64,000 nucleotides of DNA from an uncultured archaeon (GTDB lineage Archaea; Asgardarchaeota; Thorarchaeia; Thorarchaeales; Thorarchaeaceae), in contig CAZLEV010000001.1 of NCBI GenBank assembly GCA_964558645.1, positions 349,568 through 413,567 on the forward strand, in the 5' to 3' direction. The notes under the pieces were generated by a model. The model saw only the letters and a list, made by a program, of their open reading frames with translations, searched no databases and was not told the DNA's origin. A program made the position numbers and the translations under genes. Numbering within the stretch: position 1 is the stretch's first letter; each line of letters begins with the position of its first letter. Positions 9,249 to 18,388 of this stretch are shown in pieces.

Positions 9249-10616
9249 TCAGTCTTGCTTCTTAGTTAGAAGCCTGTCAAGTCTACCCGTCAAGCCCAAC
9301 CAGAAGAGAGCAATCGCAGCTGCCTGAATTGCGTAAACCAGATCAGTTCCAAGCATCTCCGGAAAGAGAGAGTAGAGTGATTTCACTGTCAGCATAATGA
9401 GAAGCCCGATAGACAGTCCTAAGGCTCGTAGTGCGGCACCGCCCTCTCTTCTTGCTCTGATGTACACCATTCCGAATATTGCGGCCGGAATGAGAAGAAG
9501 GAACATGATCCCGGCTCCGAATGATAAGAGGACCAGCGGATTATCAAGAGGATTCAGTGGATACGAGAACAACAGAACCATCATAGCTGGAACTGCTACC
9601 AGAACAGGCAAGAGAACTACGTTCTTCCATCCCGCAGCCAAAATCGCTGTTGCCGAGAAGGTAACGCCAAGTATTAACCCCATAACATAGTCAATGTAAA
9701 GCGCATTCACGAAGGTGACGTAACCTCGTGGGGCGATCAGGCCAACTAACTGACTTACTGCTGTCGTGCTTGTCCCAATTGTGAGTAGTGCAGTCGGAAT
9801 TGCCTTCGACTCCTTCCAACGTCCATAGAGAAACGCCGATGTTCCCGCGCCCATAGCTGCACCGGCAGCGCCGGTGGCGATAAGCAGTGCTGAAGATACA
9901 TCAGTACCTGTCAGTTGCGTTTGAACCATGGCCAGAACCACGGCGGGAGCTGCATACGCAGCACCGTAACCAATGATTTCAAGGGACAAGTTCATCTCCG
10001 GGCGGGCAAAGGCAAAGAAGATCATTGCTGGCCCCATAAGGACGAAGAACATCAGGACAATGATAACATCTGACCAGACAATGTGGTAGAGCAGATACAC
10101 ATGGGCAAGCTGGACAATCAGTGCTGCGGCAATCGACAGGCTTGTTGGTCGACGAGTCGCCCGTGCGATGTATCCAAAGAGAAGTGATTCGCCAAGAAGA
10201 AGCATCATGAGCATGACCTCCTGAAGCTGGATGATGCCTGGGAGCGTTGGGTATAGTGATGGGATGAAGACCGTGAGAAGGAGAACCAAAACAAACGCGC
10301 CAACACCCACGTAGTATGACATACGAGCATTCACAATCTTGAGGGCTGCACCCGCAATCACAATTGCTTCTATTATCATCATCAGTCTTGGGATGATTAG
10401 GGGATAGTAGATCCCAATGCTTGTTGCCAGCGAAATCCACATCATGGAGAGCCCATAGACAAAGAAGGCTCCTGCAATGATGTACAATAGCGATAGGGCT
10501 GACCTAGTTTCTTCATCAGCTGATACTGATCTTCTGTAGACATAATGCGACATTGATCCTACCGCAAATAGCATCGCGATGCCGACATAGAACAGGTTGG
10601 TTTCATATATTGTCAA
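9249..10616 (-). CDS. Polytopic membrane protein (~14 TM), function unknown
   Basis: Nearly continuous hydrophobic helices separated by short basic loops. Confidence 0.8.
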   Translation of the reverse strand: MTIYETNLFYVGIAMLFAVGSMSHYVYRRSVSADEETRSALSLLYIIAGAFFVYGLSMMWISLATSIGIYYPLIIPRLMMIIEAIVIAGAALKIVNARMSYYVGVGAFVLVLLLTVFIPSLYPTLPGIIQLQEVMLMMLLLGESLLFGYIARATRRPTSLSIAAALIVQLAHVYLLYHIVWSDVIIVLMFFVLMGPAMIFFAFARPEMNLSLEIIGYGAAYAAPAVVLAMVQTQLTGTDVSSALLIATGAAGAAMGAGTSAFLYGRWKESKAIPTALLTIGTSTTAVSQLVGLIAPRGYVTFVNALYIDYVMGLILGVTFSATAILAAGWKNVVLLPVLVAVPAMMVLLFSYPLNPLDNPLVLLSFGAGIMFLLLIPAAIFGMVYIRARREGGAALRALGLSIGLLIMLTVKSLYSLFPEMLGTDLVYAIQAAAIALFWLGLTGRLDRLLTKKQD

Positions 10617-10628
10617 GACTTGTTCCTC

Positions 10629-11069
10629 CTAGAATACTCTCTTACCCCACTCTTTTGCCTGACTCTTTAGACTGTCAAGCTCCTTTTCGATATCCGATTT
10701 CATCTCTTCCCTACCCTCCTTTGTGAGTGCCTCGGTCTCAATCATCTCTTTCGCAAGCGTGAGCACGCCGTCGTTGAGACCATGTTTCACTCGGTTTCGG
10801 ATGAGTTCAGTTACTGCTCGGTTTTTTGCTTCTGCATCTGAATCATCTTCGCTGTGCAACGTGACGATGTAGTTATCTCCAGCCGTGGATATGAGCAACC
10901 GCGTCTTTCCGAACTTGAGTTCTTTCACCTGGTTTCCCGATATCCTCTGAACGAAGACCTGAATAGCCGATAGGAATCCTCCGAACAGCGCTGTGTCTCC
11001 TCTGAGTGAGTCGAATCCCACCGATGCGACCGTTACCCCTGCTTCGTCTACAACGCATATGCCTTCCAA
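10629..11069 (-). CDS. Longin/roadblock-like (profilin-like fold) protein
   Basis: ICVVDEAG...DTALFGGFLSAIQVF...VKELKFG..RLLI pattern, characteristic of Asgard longin-like domains. Confidence 0.7.
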   Translation of the reverse strand: MEGICVVDEAGVTVASVGFDSLRGDTALFGGFLSAIQVFVQRISGNQVKELKFGKTRLLISTAGDNYIVTLHSEDDSDAEAKNRAVTELIRNRVKHGLNDGVLTLAKEMIETEALTKEGREEMKSDIEKELDSLKSQAKEWGKRVF

Positions 11070-11118
11070 CGTGGTGACCTCGATGATGTTTTACACTGAA
11101 TGATTCATCGCCAGCATG

Positions 11119-11379
11119 TCAGAGTGTGTCGAGCCAGCTCTTAGTTTTGGCAACCCCATCCACCTTTTCGCTCTTTGCTTCTGCTGCGGCCTCTACATCC
11201 CGCACCTGAAAGTTCGCATCCACAAAGGCAACTAGCGCATGGCCCTTCTCGCACCTGCATGTGACCATGACAGGATGTCGTCTTGCGCTGAGAATCGTAG
11301 TGTCCTCAACCTCAAGCCGGACAAGAGTTCCATCGGCACATGTTGGGCATGAGAAAGGTTGTAGTATTCTTATGGCCAA
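11119..11379 (-). CDS. Small zinc-ribbon protein
   Basis: CPTC...CEKGH ligand set followed by FVDANFQVR. Confidence 0.7.
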   Translation of the reverse strand: MAIRILQPFSCPTCADGTLVRLEVEDTTILSARRHPVMVTCRCEKGHALVAFVDANFQVRDVEAAAEAKSEKVDGVAKTKSWLDTL

Positions 11380-11455
11380 TTTCTGACCCTCTCACTAGGT
11401 GTTGCTGACCCAGATGAAGGATACAGAGCACCGTTTAATCACTTTCTCTTATGTC

Positions 11456-12886
11456 CTAATGATTGTGATGATGGTGATGCTCCTCACCCAGAGGTTGCAT
11501 TCGTCCGAACGCACGTTGCACAATCTCCGGCAATGCTGGATGGATGTGCATGGCCCTAAAGACAGGAACATAGGACCTCCTCTCTGTGTACATCAAGTTG
11601 ATGACCTCTTGGATGAGAATTGGTGCATGGGGTCCTATGATGGTAGCACCGAGGATTTCTTGGGTCTCTGCATCACATATCACTCGAGCAAATCCGGGCG
11701 GGTATCCCATGGCGGCACCTTTGGCAACATCTCCGTAGCCTGCCTTTCCTACGAGGAGACTTCGGTCTGTGGTTTTTGCCTCGGCTAGAGTCATCCCTAC
11801 AGTGGCAATCTGAGGGTTGCTGAACACCGCTCTGGGAACTGCATGATAGCTCATGGAGAGGAGCTCAGGTTCCTCATCCTTTTTCGCATTCATTGTCTGC
11901 TGGATATTGTACCACACGACCTGTGACTCATCGTTTGCCACGTGGCGAAACATATGACGACCTATTGCGTCACCAAAAGCCCAGATTCCTGTCTTTGTTG
12001 TCCTGAAGTAGTCATCGACTTTGATGAAGCCGTGATCATCTGTGTCAACTCCAGTATTCTTGGGTTTGAAGAGGTCTGCGTTTGACCGCCGTCCTGCTGC
12101 TATCAGAATGTGTTCTGCATGGAACTCGGTTTCATTGCCGTCAGAGCGATTCTTGGCAACGATGATCTTCTCTTCGCCCTCTTCTCGTGCCTCAGTGACT
12201 TCCCAGTTGGTGAATACCTTCATTCTTTTCGATAACTCATCCTTGAGTAGTTCTGAGACATCTTGGTCCTCATTCTTAACAAGATACGGATTCCTGCCGA
12301 CTATTGTTACATCGGTTCCCACTGCAGAGAAGAAATGCCCAAGCTCGGCTGCAATGTACCCTCCGCCAACGATGATCATGGAGTCGGGTTTTTCCTTCAG
12401 CTCAAGGACGGTCTTATTTGTTAGGTACTCGATATCCTCAATTCCCTTGATTGGCGGAATGAGTGGCCGTGAACCCGCAGCAAGTACGATGATGGGCGCG
12501 GTGATCTTCTCATCTCCTACTTTCATCACATGATCCTCCACAAACTCTCCGGTCACCTGATACCAGTCGTAGCCCTCTACGGACCGAATCGATTCGCCCA
12601 TCTTCTCCGCCTCGCCCAGAGTTTCTTCTCTCATGCGGTTCATGAGTTTCTCAAAATCAACTGAGTTCACTTCTGCGCGAAGATTGATTCTCTCGGCATG
12701 CTGTATCTGTGTAATCGTGTCGGCGACATAGGTGAGTATCTTTGTGGGAATACATCCCCGCAACAGGCATGTGCCTCCGAGCGCCCCCCTCTCGACCAGG
12801 GCCACTTCCATGCCTTGTTCGAAGGCGGCCGAAGCGATATTCATGCCAGCACCTGCACCGAGAACCATCATGTCGTATTCTTTCAT
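11456..12886 (-). CDS. Flavoprotein disulfide reductase (lipoamide dehydrogenase/mycothione reductase-like) with His-rich tail
   Basis: GAGAG, GGTCLLRGCIP, GGGYIAAE and HIHPALPE motifs; ends EEHHHHHNH. Start placed at ATG 12886. Confidence 0.88.
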   Translation of the reverse strand: MKEYDMMVLGAGAGMNIASAAFEQGMEVALVERGALGGTCLLRGCIPTKILTYVADTITQIQHAERINLRAEVNSVDFEKLMNRMREETLGEAEKMGESIRSVEGYDWYQVTGEFVEDHVMKVGDEKITAPIIVLAAGSRPLIPPIKGIEDIEYLTNKTVLELKEKPDSMIIVGGGYIAAELGHFFSAVGTDVTIVGRNPYLVKNEDQDVSELLKDELSKRMKVFTNWEVTEAREEGEEKIIVAKNRSDGNETEFHAEHILIAAGRRSNADLFKPKNTGVDTDDHGFIKVDDYFRTTKTGIWAFGDAIGRHMFRHVANDESQVVWYNIQQTMNAKKDEEPELLSMSYHAVPRAVFSNPQIATVGMTLAEAKTTDRSLLVGKAGYGDVAKGAAMGYPPGFARVICDAETQEILGATIIGPHAPILIQEVINLMYTERRSYVPVFRAMHIHPALPEIVQRAFGRMQPLGEEHHHHHNH

Positions 12887-12952
12887 ATCTCTCTCAGTTC
12901 GTAATGTAGCTGATAAGGCTGGTGATATCTGTCTCAAGGGAAAGGCAATGCT

Positions 12953-13900
12953 TCATGCCTCATGAGAAACATTCTGTTCTTTGTCGTCGGATTGCCTATA
13001 TCGGTATACTACAATGGCCAGTATGATGATGGGCGCAGAAATCGCTATTCCAATCAGACGTGAGTCGACGGCGGTCGTCTGAACCTCATCGCACGCCAGC
13101 GATAGTTCCCCCGCATACATATCCATCATGACCGGTTCAGGAGCGGAGCCATTGCAGAGTTCCTCGTACTCGGGAAATGCAGGGAAGACAGTTTCTACGA
13201 TATACTCTTGGGTCTGTGGAAGCGCAAACAGAAAGGCCTCTTCAACGCTCACATCTCCATTCCCATCGGCATCTGCGCTTTCATTCAAGAACGCTGAAGT
13301 GAAGAAATGGTTGAAGACCTCTCCAATCACCGGTAGATTCTCCTCTGGAATGCCGGCCCAAGCCAACTCGTCTCTCTTCACCGACCCAACGCGAATCTCG
13401 GATCCAGCACCAGGGATTCCGGCTATGAACTCGCCAGCGCTGCACGCCGAGAAGACCATAAGTCTCTTTGCACTCGGAATCTCTTCCCATGCTGCTCCAA
13501 CAGCAATTCCATCACCTATGACAGTTCTCAACCAGTTTCCGTGAGAGAAGACGAAAAGAACAACAACATCATTGTCGTCAGATTTCTCTACGAGCCACTC
13601 AATCCCGTCCACCAACCCGGGACGCGTGATTTCTCCACGGAGGATGTTGATGTGACTGGCAGGCCATCCAAGTGAACGAAGTGTGTCATCCCATTTCTCA
13701 CTGTCGGCATAGCCGGTTGGAATGTCGCTCCAGCCCTCTGGATAGTAGAGCATCTCCATAATGACTGCCCACCCTTCAACTGGATTTGAATGTGCAGAAA
13801 CAGACTGTACTAATAGAGGTGATAACCCGTGAGCGAACAAGAGCCCAATCACCATAGTGAGGGCCAATCTTCTCTTGCTATTGGAGGGCACAGGATTCAT
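12953..13900 (-). CDS. Secreted, membrane-anchored clan CD (caspase/legumain-like) cysteine peptidase
   Basis: Signal peptide, catalytic-dyad context FVFSHG ... FSACSAG, DADGNGDVSVEE loop and a C-terminal TM followed by basic residues. Confidence 0.75.
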   Translation of the reverse strand: MNPVPSNSKRRLALTMVIGLLFAHGLSPLLVQSVSAHSNPVEGWAVIMEMLYYPEGWSDIPTGYADSEKWDDTLRSLGWPASHINILRGEITRPGLVDGIEWLVEKSDDNDVVVLFVFSHGNWLRTVIGDGIAVGAAWEEIPSAKRLMVFSACSAGEFIAGIPGAGSEIRVGSVKRDELAWAGIPEENLPVIGEVFNHFFTSAFLNESADADGNGDVSVEEAFLFALPQTQEYIVETVFPAFPEYEELCNGSAPEPVMMDMYAGELSLACDEVQTTAVDSRLIGIAISAPIIILAIVVYRYRQSDDKEQNVSHEA

Positions 13901-14150
13901 GGTCTGAGTTTCCGTTTGACTCTAGTAATGGTACCTTCTCTGCGAAAATAAACCTTCCAGCTCTTCTCTTTCCCAGCATACTTCAACAGATTCAGCTACC
14001 CCCATTCCCTCTATGGGCAGTCCCGTTCTATATGAAATCAATCCTTCGTTCAGGCGTGCCAGAATTGTGTGGTCTGTGGCACAACAAGCTTTACAATCTC
14101 TGGTTACATAGTCAGAACAGTACGCTTGTTGTGTTGAGGTGTGGCGGGAC

Positions 14151-16277
14151 ATGCGAAGCAAAAGGCGATTGACCTCTCTGTTCTTATTCACAGTCCTCAT
14201 CATGTTTCTCGTAGCCACAGGGTTTCCGAGAATAACCAACGCCACAAGACTGAATTCTTCACTTGCTGGACCGTACGTGAACAAGCTCCAGTACAGAGTA
14301 ATCGGGGGGAATGATAATCTGGTGGAAGCAATTCTGGATGACAGGATAGACTTGATCGACGATACCATTCCAGAAGCTTCTCTTGCCGCGCTTGAACAGT
14401 CGGACGACATAGTCGTTTCAAAGAACCTGAAAAACAGCTATGGAATGTTTGTGATCAACTGCGAGAAGTACCCCCTGAATATCACGGCTTTCAGACGAGC
14501 AGCCGCATTCGCTCTTGATAAGCGAGCATTGTCAGCTGAAGTGCTTGATGGCCAAAGCGAGCCGCTCGATTCTTGTGTACCAAAGATCAACCCCTTGTCC
14601 GTCGAAGGCATGCTTGACTATTCTTACTACGACCAACAGTTGTACAAAGGGAATAGCTTACTTTATCACGCAGGTTTCTACGATGTTGATGGGGATGGGT
14701 ACCGCGAGGCTCCGGACGGCACTAGTTTCAGCGTAATGATCGAAGTAGATGAAATGTCTGCTGAGGCCATCACTGCTGGCGAATTCTTGGAGGAGGCCCT
14801 ACAGTCACTTTCTATTGATGCTCGGTTCGTTCTTCGATACTACTACGAATATCTATCAAGGCTGTATTATCACGGTGATTATGATATAGCTTTCAAGTCC
14901 ATGAGTCGGGGAGAGGAGAATCTCGGCGTTCAGTGGCTTGCATACGAATTTGCATCTCAATATGCTGATGTGGACTACTGGAACTCGCCAAACTTCAGGA
15001 ATGAAACATACGATTACTGGGCAGACAGACTCCTCTACTCAGTTGACTATGAGGATATCAAACTGGCTGCCGCTGAGATGCAGAAGATCTGGATATATGA
15101 GTCACCCGGCATAGTCTGCTATGAGCCTTATTTCTGCAACGCCTATCGGACTGACAGATTCGAGGGATTTGTGTCAACTCCTGTGGAGGGTATGGCCAGT
15201 TGGTGGACGAACTACCGAGTTTACTTGAAGCAAGCTAGGGATCATCCTTTCGGTGGAACGCTCCGGATTAGTTCGTCCTATGACCGTGGTTCCACTTTCA
15301 ATATGTTCACTCTGGCTGATGCAATCGGATATCGTCAACCATTGCCCCTGTATGACACTCTCATCACAGCCGATGTGAATGGCTATGATATCCCGTGGTT
15401 GGCTGAGTCAGTGATGGTTCAGACCCACTCTGACAATCCATTGGTACCTGAAGGATACACACGTTTCAGAGTGGATATTGTTCAGAATGCAACCTGGACT
15501 GATGGCCGTGCCCTGACTGCTGAAGATGTTGCGTTTTCTTTCAACTACTATCGGGATGCACCGGGGCACCCCTATGGGCCGTCATTGAGCGAGCTCCGTG
15601 CCTGTTACTCGATGACAGATACTTCTTTGATCATGGAATTCGAATCCGAGTCGTATTGGCATGTCCACACGATAAGCACCTTACCAATCATCCCGAAACA
15701 TATCTTCGTAGAGGTTGACCTAGAAGGATGGTCGGACTGGAGTCCTAATCCCCCTGATGAAGAGATGACCACTTCGGGTCCATTCAATGTATCAGCTTAC
15801 GCTGAATCTGATTATCTTGAGCTGGTAGCAAACCAAGACTACTTCAGAAGACCGGGTAATTGGCCGTCTCCATATCGACCTTTGCCCACTATACAATCTT
15901 CACCGCGCGTTATCGTGCCTTCTGATTCAGTCGGCTTTACCCTCAACTGGTCAATCGAGAACGGGACTGGCTCAGAATATACTATCTATGTCAACTCAGC
16001 CTCGGAGGACACGGGAACCATCACCTCCAGTCATCAAGTGATTGTCTTGTCACTTGATAGTCTTGATCCGGGTTCTTACAATTGCACAATAGAAGTCATC
16101 ACATCATACAGGTACACGCTTTCGGATACTGTATGGGTCCCCGTCCAAGGGCCGAAGGACGAAGGGATCGAGGAACTGTCTTGGCTAATCAACCCTGTAA
16201 GCTTCGCAGTAACTGTTGCTTCTCTCCTAGTGATCTTTCTGGTAAGCACGAAGGCCTTGTTGGAACATCGAACGTGA
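14151..16277 (+). CDS. ABC-type peptide/nickel solute-binding protein (family 5), permuted, with C-terminal Ig-like domain and TM anchor
   Basis: FRRAAAFALDK, GGTLR, PWLAES, WTDGRALTAEDVAFS and SGPF motifs; signal peptide; C-terminal hydrophobic helix. Confidence 0.85.
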   Translation: MRSKRRLTSLFLFTVLIMFLVATGFPRITNATRLNSSLAGPYVNKLQYRVIGGNDNLVEAILDDRIDLIDDTIPEASLAALEQSDDIVVSKNLKNSYGMFVINCEKYPLNITAFRRAAAFALDKRALSAEVLDGQSEPLDSCVPKINPLSVEGMLDYSYYDQQLYKGNSLLYHAGFYDVDGDGYREAPDGTSFSVMIEVDEMSAEAITAGEFLEEALQSLSIDARFVLRYYYEYLSRLYYHGDYDIAFKSMSRGEENLGVQWLAYEFASQYADVDYWNSPNFRNETYDYWADRLLYSVDYEDIKLAAAEMQKIWIYESPGIVCYEPYFCNAYRTDRFEGFVSTPVEGMASWWTNYRVYLKQARDHPFGGTLRISSSYDRGSTFNMFTLADAIGYRQPLPLYDTLITADVNGYDIPWLAESVMVQTHSDNPLVPEGYTRFRVDIVQNATWTDGRALTAEDVAFSFNYYRDAPGHPYGPSLSELRACYSMTDTSLIMEFESESYWHVHTISTLPIIPKHIFVEVDLEGWSDWSPNPPDEEMTTSGPFNVSAYAESDYLELVANQDYFRRPGNWPSPYRPLPTIQSSPRVIVPSDSVGFTLNWSIENGTGSEYTIYVNSASEDTGTITSSHQVIVLSLDSLDPGSYNCTIEVITSYRYTLSDTVWVPVQGPKDEGIEELSWLINPVSFAVTVASLLVIFLVSTKALLEHRT

Positions 16278-16335
16278 GAGCCATGCCATTACCGCCTAAC
16301 GGAGGACAGGTCTCTGGTGACGAGAGTCTACCGTT

Positions 16336-17925
16336 TCAATCAATGGCCTCTGAAAATTCGCTCTCGACACTTTCACGATGAACGTTGTTGTAGGTGCAGA
16401 ATGGAATGACTCGGCCATCCGGCGTTGCGTAGTTGATCGTACAGTGTCTGACCCTTTCAAGGTCAATATTGAAAGGATCTTGGAAGTGCATCATACCAAG
16501 CATGATGACACGATGCATGAAGGCTGCTAGGGAGTCGTAGCTACCTTTCTTCAAGAATGAGGTAATGATAGGTCGCATGAAGTTCTTCTTCTTGACATGG
16601 CGTAGGAATCCGAGCAGCTTGAGTTTGGCCCTTGCTCCAGAAAGCATGGCTCCATCCGCGTAAAGGTTACATACATCGCTTAAGGTGTCGATCAGCGCCT
16701 CAATGTCGATCACATCTGTTATTGGATAGACTGTACCATCGTCTTCAACAAACAGGAAGGTCGCCATTCCGCAGGCAAAATGAGAATGGAGTTCAACAGT
16801 GGGCACACCTTTCATGAGCCCGAGAGCACGCCCTACACCCAGCATAGAAGCAACAGGATACCAGTCATCCGTTTTGACCAGCGCGTCGGTCTGTTCCTCA
16901 ATGTACTTGATGGCGTCGGGCAATGTGATGCGCATCTTTTGTCTTTCTTCATAGTCTATCCTGCCGGTGATGCTCACAGGCTGGAAGTTGATGCAGCGCA
17001 CTATGTCGCGATTCTTAATCCCATATCTGACGATATCTCCCAATTCCTGGTCATTGAGACCTCTCACCACAGTTGGCACCAAGACAACTCCATCGAGTCC
17101 GATGGTCCGGCAATGCTCCAATACCTTGTCTTTGATAGGACGGAGATCTCGATTCCTGGCAGCCAGATATGGCTCCTCCGTGACGCCATCAAACTGGAGG
17201 TATATCGTATTGAGACCAGCGTCCTTCAGCTCTTGGAGATAATCAACAGTCTTCGCCATACGGATTCCATTCGTGGCAATCATGATATGATCGAAGCCCA
17301 GTTGCTTTGCCCATCCGACGTACTGGATCAGATGGTCGCTCATAGTAGGCTCCCCTCCTGCGAACTGCACGGCAGGACATGACACAGGCAGATTCCTTCG
17401 TAGATTCTTCATCATTTCAAGGATTTCTTCGGGTGATGGTTCGTAGACTCGCCCTGATGCCGCGGCGTTTGCGAAGCAGATTGGGCACTTGAGATTGCAT
17501 CGGTTGGTCACGTCGATCAGCCCGAGTGCAGTATGGGCCAAATGGTTCTCACACAGCCCGCAGTCCAATGGACACCCCTCCTTGCACTCAGTACGAGGAT
17601 TGTCAATACCGACCGACTTGAACCAGTAGTGCATCGAACGTCTGAACATCTCCGCATCAGACCAATAGAGCTCCTTGAACTCACCATGTTGGGGGCAGGT
17701 CTTCCTCATCATGACCTTTCCCTCTTCTTCATATACGGTCGCATCAATCACGTTCACCTCCTTGTCCTGAAGAAGACAATCAGGACACAGCGACTTAGTG
17801 TGATAGGGAAGGGTCTTTGGCTCGATGATCTCAATGCGATATCTATTCATCTCCTCGTCAAGATGGCGCAGGGGGCTTTCTGGTACTGCTTCGACCTCAA
17901 TACGATTCGTGGGCACCTGCAACAC
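16336..17925 (-). CDS. tes: Radical SAM tetraether lipid synthase (Tes/GDGT-MAS family)
   Basis: SLCPDC...KTCPQHG, CPLDCGLCENH, CNLKCPIC (CxxxCxxC), HFACG and MHFQD...C...PDGRVIPFCTYN. The exact start may be a few codons later. Confidence 0.85.
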   Translation of the reverse strand: MLQVPTNRIEVEAVPESPLRHLDEEMNRYRIEIIEPKTLPYHTKSLCPDCLLQDKEVNVIDATVYEEEGKVMMRKTCPQHGEFKELYWSDAEMFRRSMHYWFKSVGIDNPRTECKEGCPLDCGLCENHLAHTALGLIDVTNRCNLKCPICFANAAASGRVYEPSPEEILEMMKNLRRNLPVSCPAVQFAGGEPTMSDHLIQYVGWAKQLGFDHIMIATNGIRMAKTVDYLQELKDAGLNTIYLQFDGVTEEPYLAARNRDLRPIKDKVLEHCRTIGLDGVVLVPTVVRGLNDQELGDIVRYGIKNRDIVRCINFQPVSITGRIDYEERQKMRITLPDAIKYIEEQTDALVKTDDWYPVASMLGVGRALGLMKGVPTVELHSHFACGMATFLFVEDDGTVYPITDVIDIEALIDTLSDVCNLYADGAMLSGARAKLKLLGFLRHVKKKNFMRPIITSFLKKGSYDSLAAFMHRVIMLGMMHFQDPFNIDLERVRHCTINYATPDGRVIPFCTYNNVHRESVESEFSEAID

Positions 17926-18058
17926 TCCTCTCCACCTGATTATCAGGTGTTTTCTTGGTTCGTGTCATTTTCAGCATATTACTCTATCCCAATTCCTGCT
18001 GATGCGTGCATATCTCAATGCTTTTAGGATGGCTCGTTGTAAACTATAGTGAAGAATA

Positions 18059-18301
18059 ATGATAGTTTTGTCGAAAAACACAACTCGCAGTGAGAGCGAA
18101 GTGCTTGATTTGGCCCGCGACTTCTTTGATGGTCATTTTGGCCTGAAGAAGCGAGATGAGATTGAGGATTGCTGTGTCGTGTTTGTTTCGGAACTCGGCC
18201 ATGTGACGGTTCAGGCTATTCCGCGTGGGAAGAAGACCGAAGCAATTCTGAGGACTCGTGAGTTTGATCATCAGGTCAAAGAATTCGCGCAGAAACTCTA
18301 G
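18059..18301 (+). CDS. Small hypothetical protein
   Basis: ATG start, globular-looking alpha/beta composition, fills the gap before thrS on the same strand. Confidence 0.65.
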   Translation: MIVLSKNTTRSESEVLDLARDFFDGHFGLKKRDEIEDCCVVFVSELGHVTVQAIPRGKKTEAILRTREFDHQVKEFAQKL

Positions 18302-18388
18302 TCAACAATGCCACACTACAGACGTAACCCATTTCGCCAAGCTTAAGTGTCCTCCTTGACGGCATGTTATAACTGAGAGGACTAACCA

